DNA of 52,855 nt from Callorhinchus milii (taxonomy: Eukaryota): assembly GCF_018977255.1 (NCBI RefSeq), contig NW_024705342.1, positions 1 to 52,855 of the forward strand, written 5' to 3'. The stretch's first letter is position 1, and the number at the start of each line of letters is the position of its first letter. The notes under the pieces were generated by a model. That model was not told the DNA's origin, searched no databases, and saw nothing but the letters and a program-made list of their open reading frames with translations. Of the stretch, positions 52,132-52,855 are shown piece by piece. Position numbers and translations under genes: made by a program.

Positions 52132-52266
52132 ATAGATATAACTCGAGCTTTTAATGCTTTGATATTAGAATTGCATTTGTACTTTTTTTCTTTTGGCGTT
52201 ATCTGGCCGAACACTGGCGATACAATGCCAATCAGATTCCAAGACAATGCAATGATTACTGAGTAT

Positions 52267-52407
52267 ACTCTTTGGTTAAAGTTGGTATAAAAATGTATTC
52301 ACGTAGGTATAAAAAATTCTACCTACGTGAAAAACATTATACCTACGTGACTTTAACGAAAGAACCCAAGAGTATGGATTCCTGCAGTCACGAAAGCTTC
52401 AAATCAA
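52267..52407 (+). mobile_element. Hairpin mini-element, probably Penelope-like, copy 2
   Basis: The 3' part ACGTGACTTTAACGAAAGAACCCAAGAGTATGGATTCCTGCAGTCACGAAAGCTTCAAAT is homologous to 45272-45330. The 5' part is a deleted inverted copy with a central TTCACGTAGGTA / TACCTACGTGAA stem. Flanking repeat GATTACTGAGTAT (52254-52266) / GATTACAGAGTAT (52408-52420) matches at 12/13. Confidence 0.7.
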
Positions 52408-52734
52408 GATTACAGAGTATGTTTATTAACATGTCTACCATAAGCATGTGTGGTTAATGCAGACTCTATTTCCTTGCAATAGGTGCCTATTTGGTGTTTG
52501 AACATCTTAACACCTGTGTCATTGCTAAGTAAGGGTAAAGCCTGTTCTTCTTTTTTTCATGCCATGAGGATTATTGCTACAAGTATCTGCACGTGCGGAG
52601 TCGTTGAAAGAGATCTAATAAACACATGTATCTGGCAACGTGCACATACTTTTAAAGATATATGAAGTGTATATCACCCAAAGTGTGGACCACATTTTTT
52701 GTTCAAAACGTGAATTCAATATAATTTTGGTAAT

Positions 52735-52855
52735 TCTCCACTTCTTCGCTGGTGCTCTGCCTTAAGGGCAGGCCCATGGCTGCCATCTTCTCCATCTTTC
52801 TCAGTTCTCTGCCCTCCTCTTCATTTCCACAAATGACTCATTCTTTGGTTTTCTT
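52735..52855 (-). mobile_element. 3' end of an RTE-clade LINE, continuing beyond the window edge
   Basis: Minus strand reads ESFVEMKRRAEN*ERWRRWQPWACP* then GGCAGAGCACCAGCGAAGAAG, with a CTGCC/GGCAG stem-loop and a GAA-type tail, as in RTE termini. Confidence 0.7.

Overview
The window has two very different parts. Bases 1 to ~32355 read as featureless, near-random DNA: by eye, roughly equal base usage, no CpG or CTAG avoidance, no recognisable repeats or RNA genes, and no ORF over 151 aa or resembling a known protein. It is most likely shuffled or synthetic filler, and I support no biological feature there. Bases ~32356-52855 (about 20.5 kb) are AT-rich, non-coding animal genomic DNA, probably a fish or cyclostome intron or gene desert (inference). 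No host exon is recognisable. This part is rich in transposon relics: two oppositely oriented copies of a ~285-bp Helentron/DINE-like element, three RTE LINE 3' ends, tRNA-derived SINEs, a Gypsy-type solo LTR next to a related truncated LTR, a Tc1 terminal repeat, hAT and Merlin-like MITEs, two hairpin-shaped Penelope-like mini-elements with 12-13-bp TSDs, and a 351-bp fold-back. The most unusual structures are a head-to-tail trimer of a hAT MITE inside one 8-bp TSD, the hairpin mini-retroelement family and the fold-back with two apparent ages. I found no evidence for a new protein-coding system. Family names come from remembered sequence hallmarks, not database searches.
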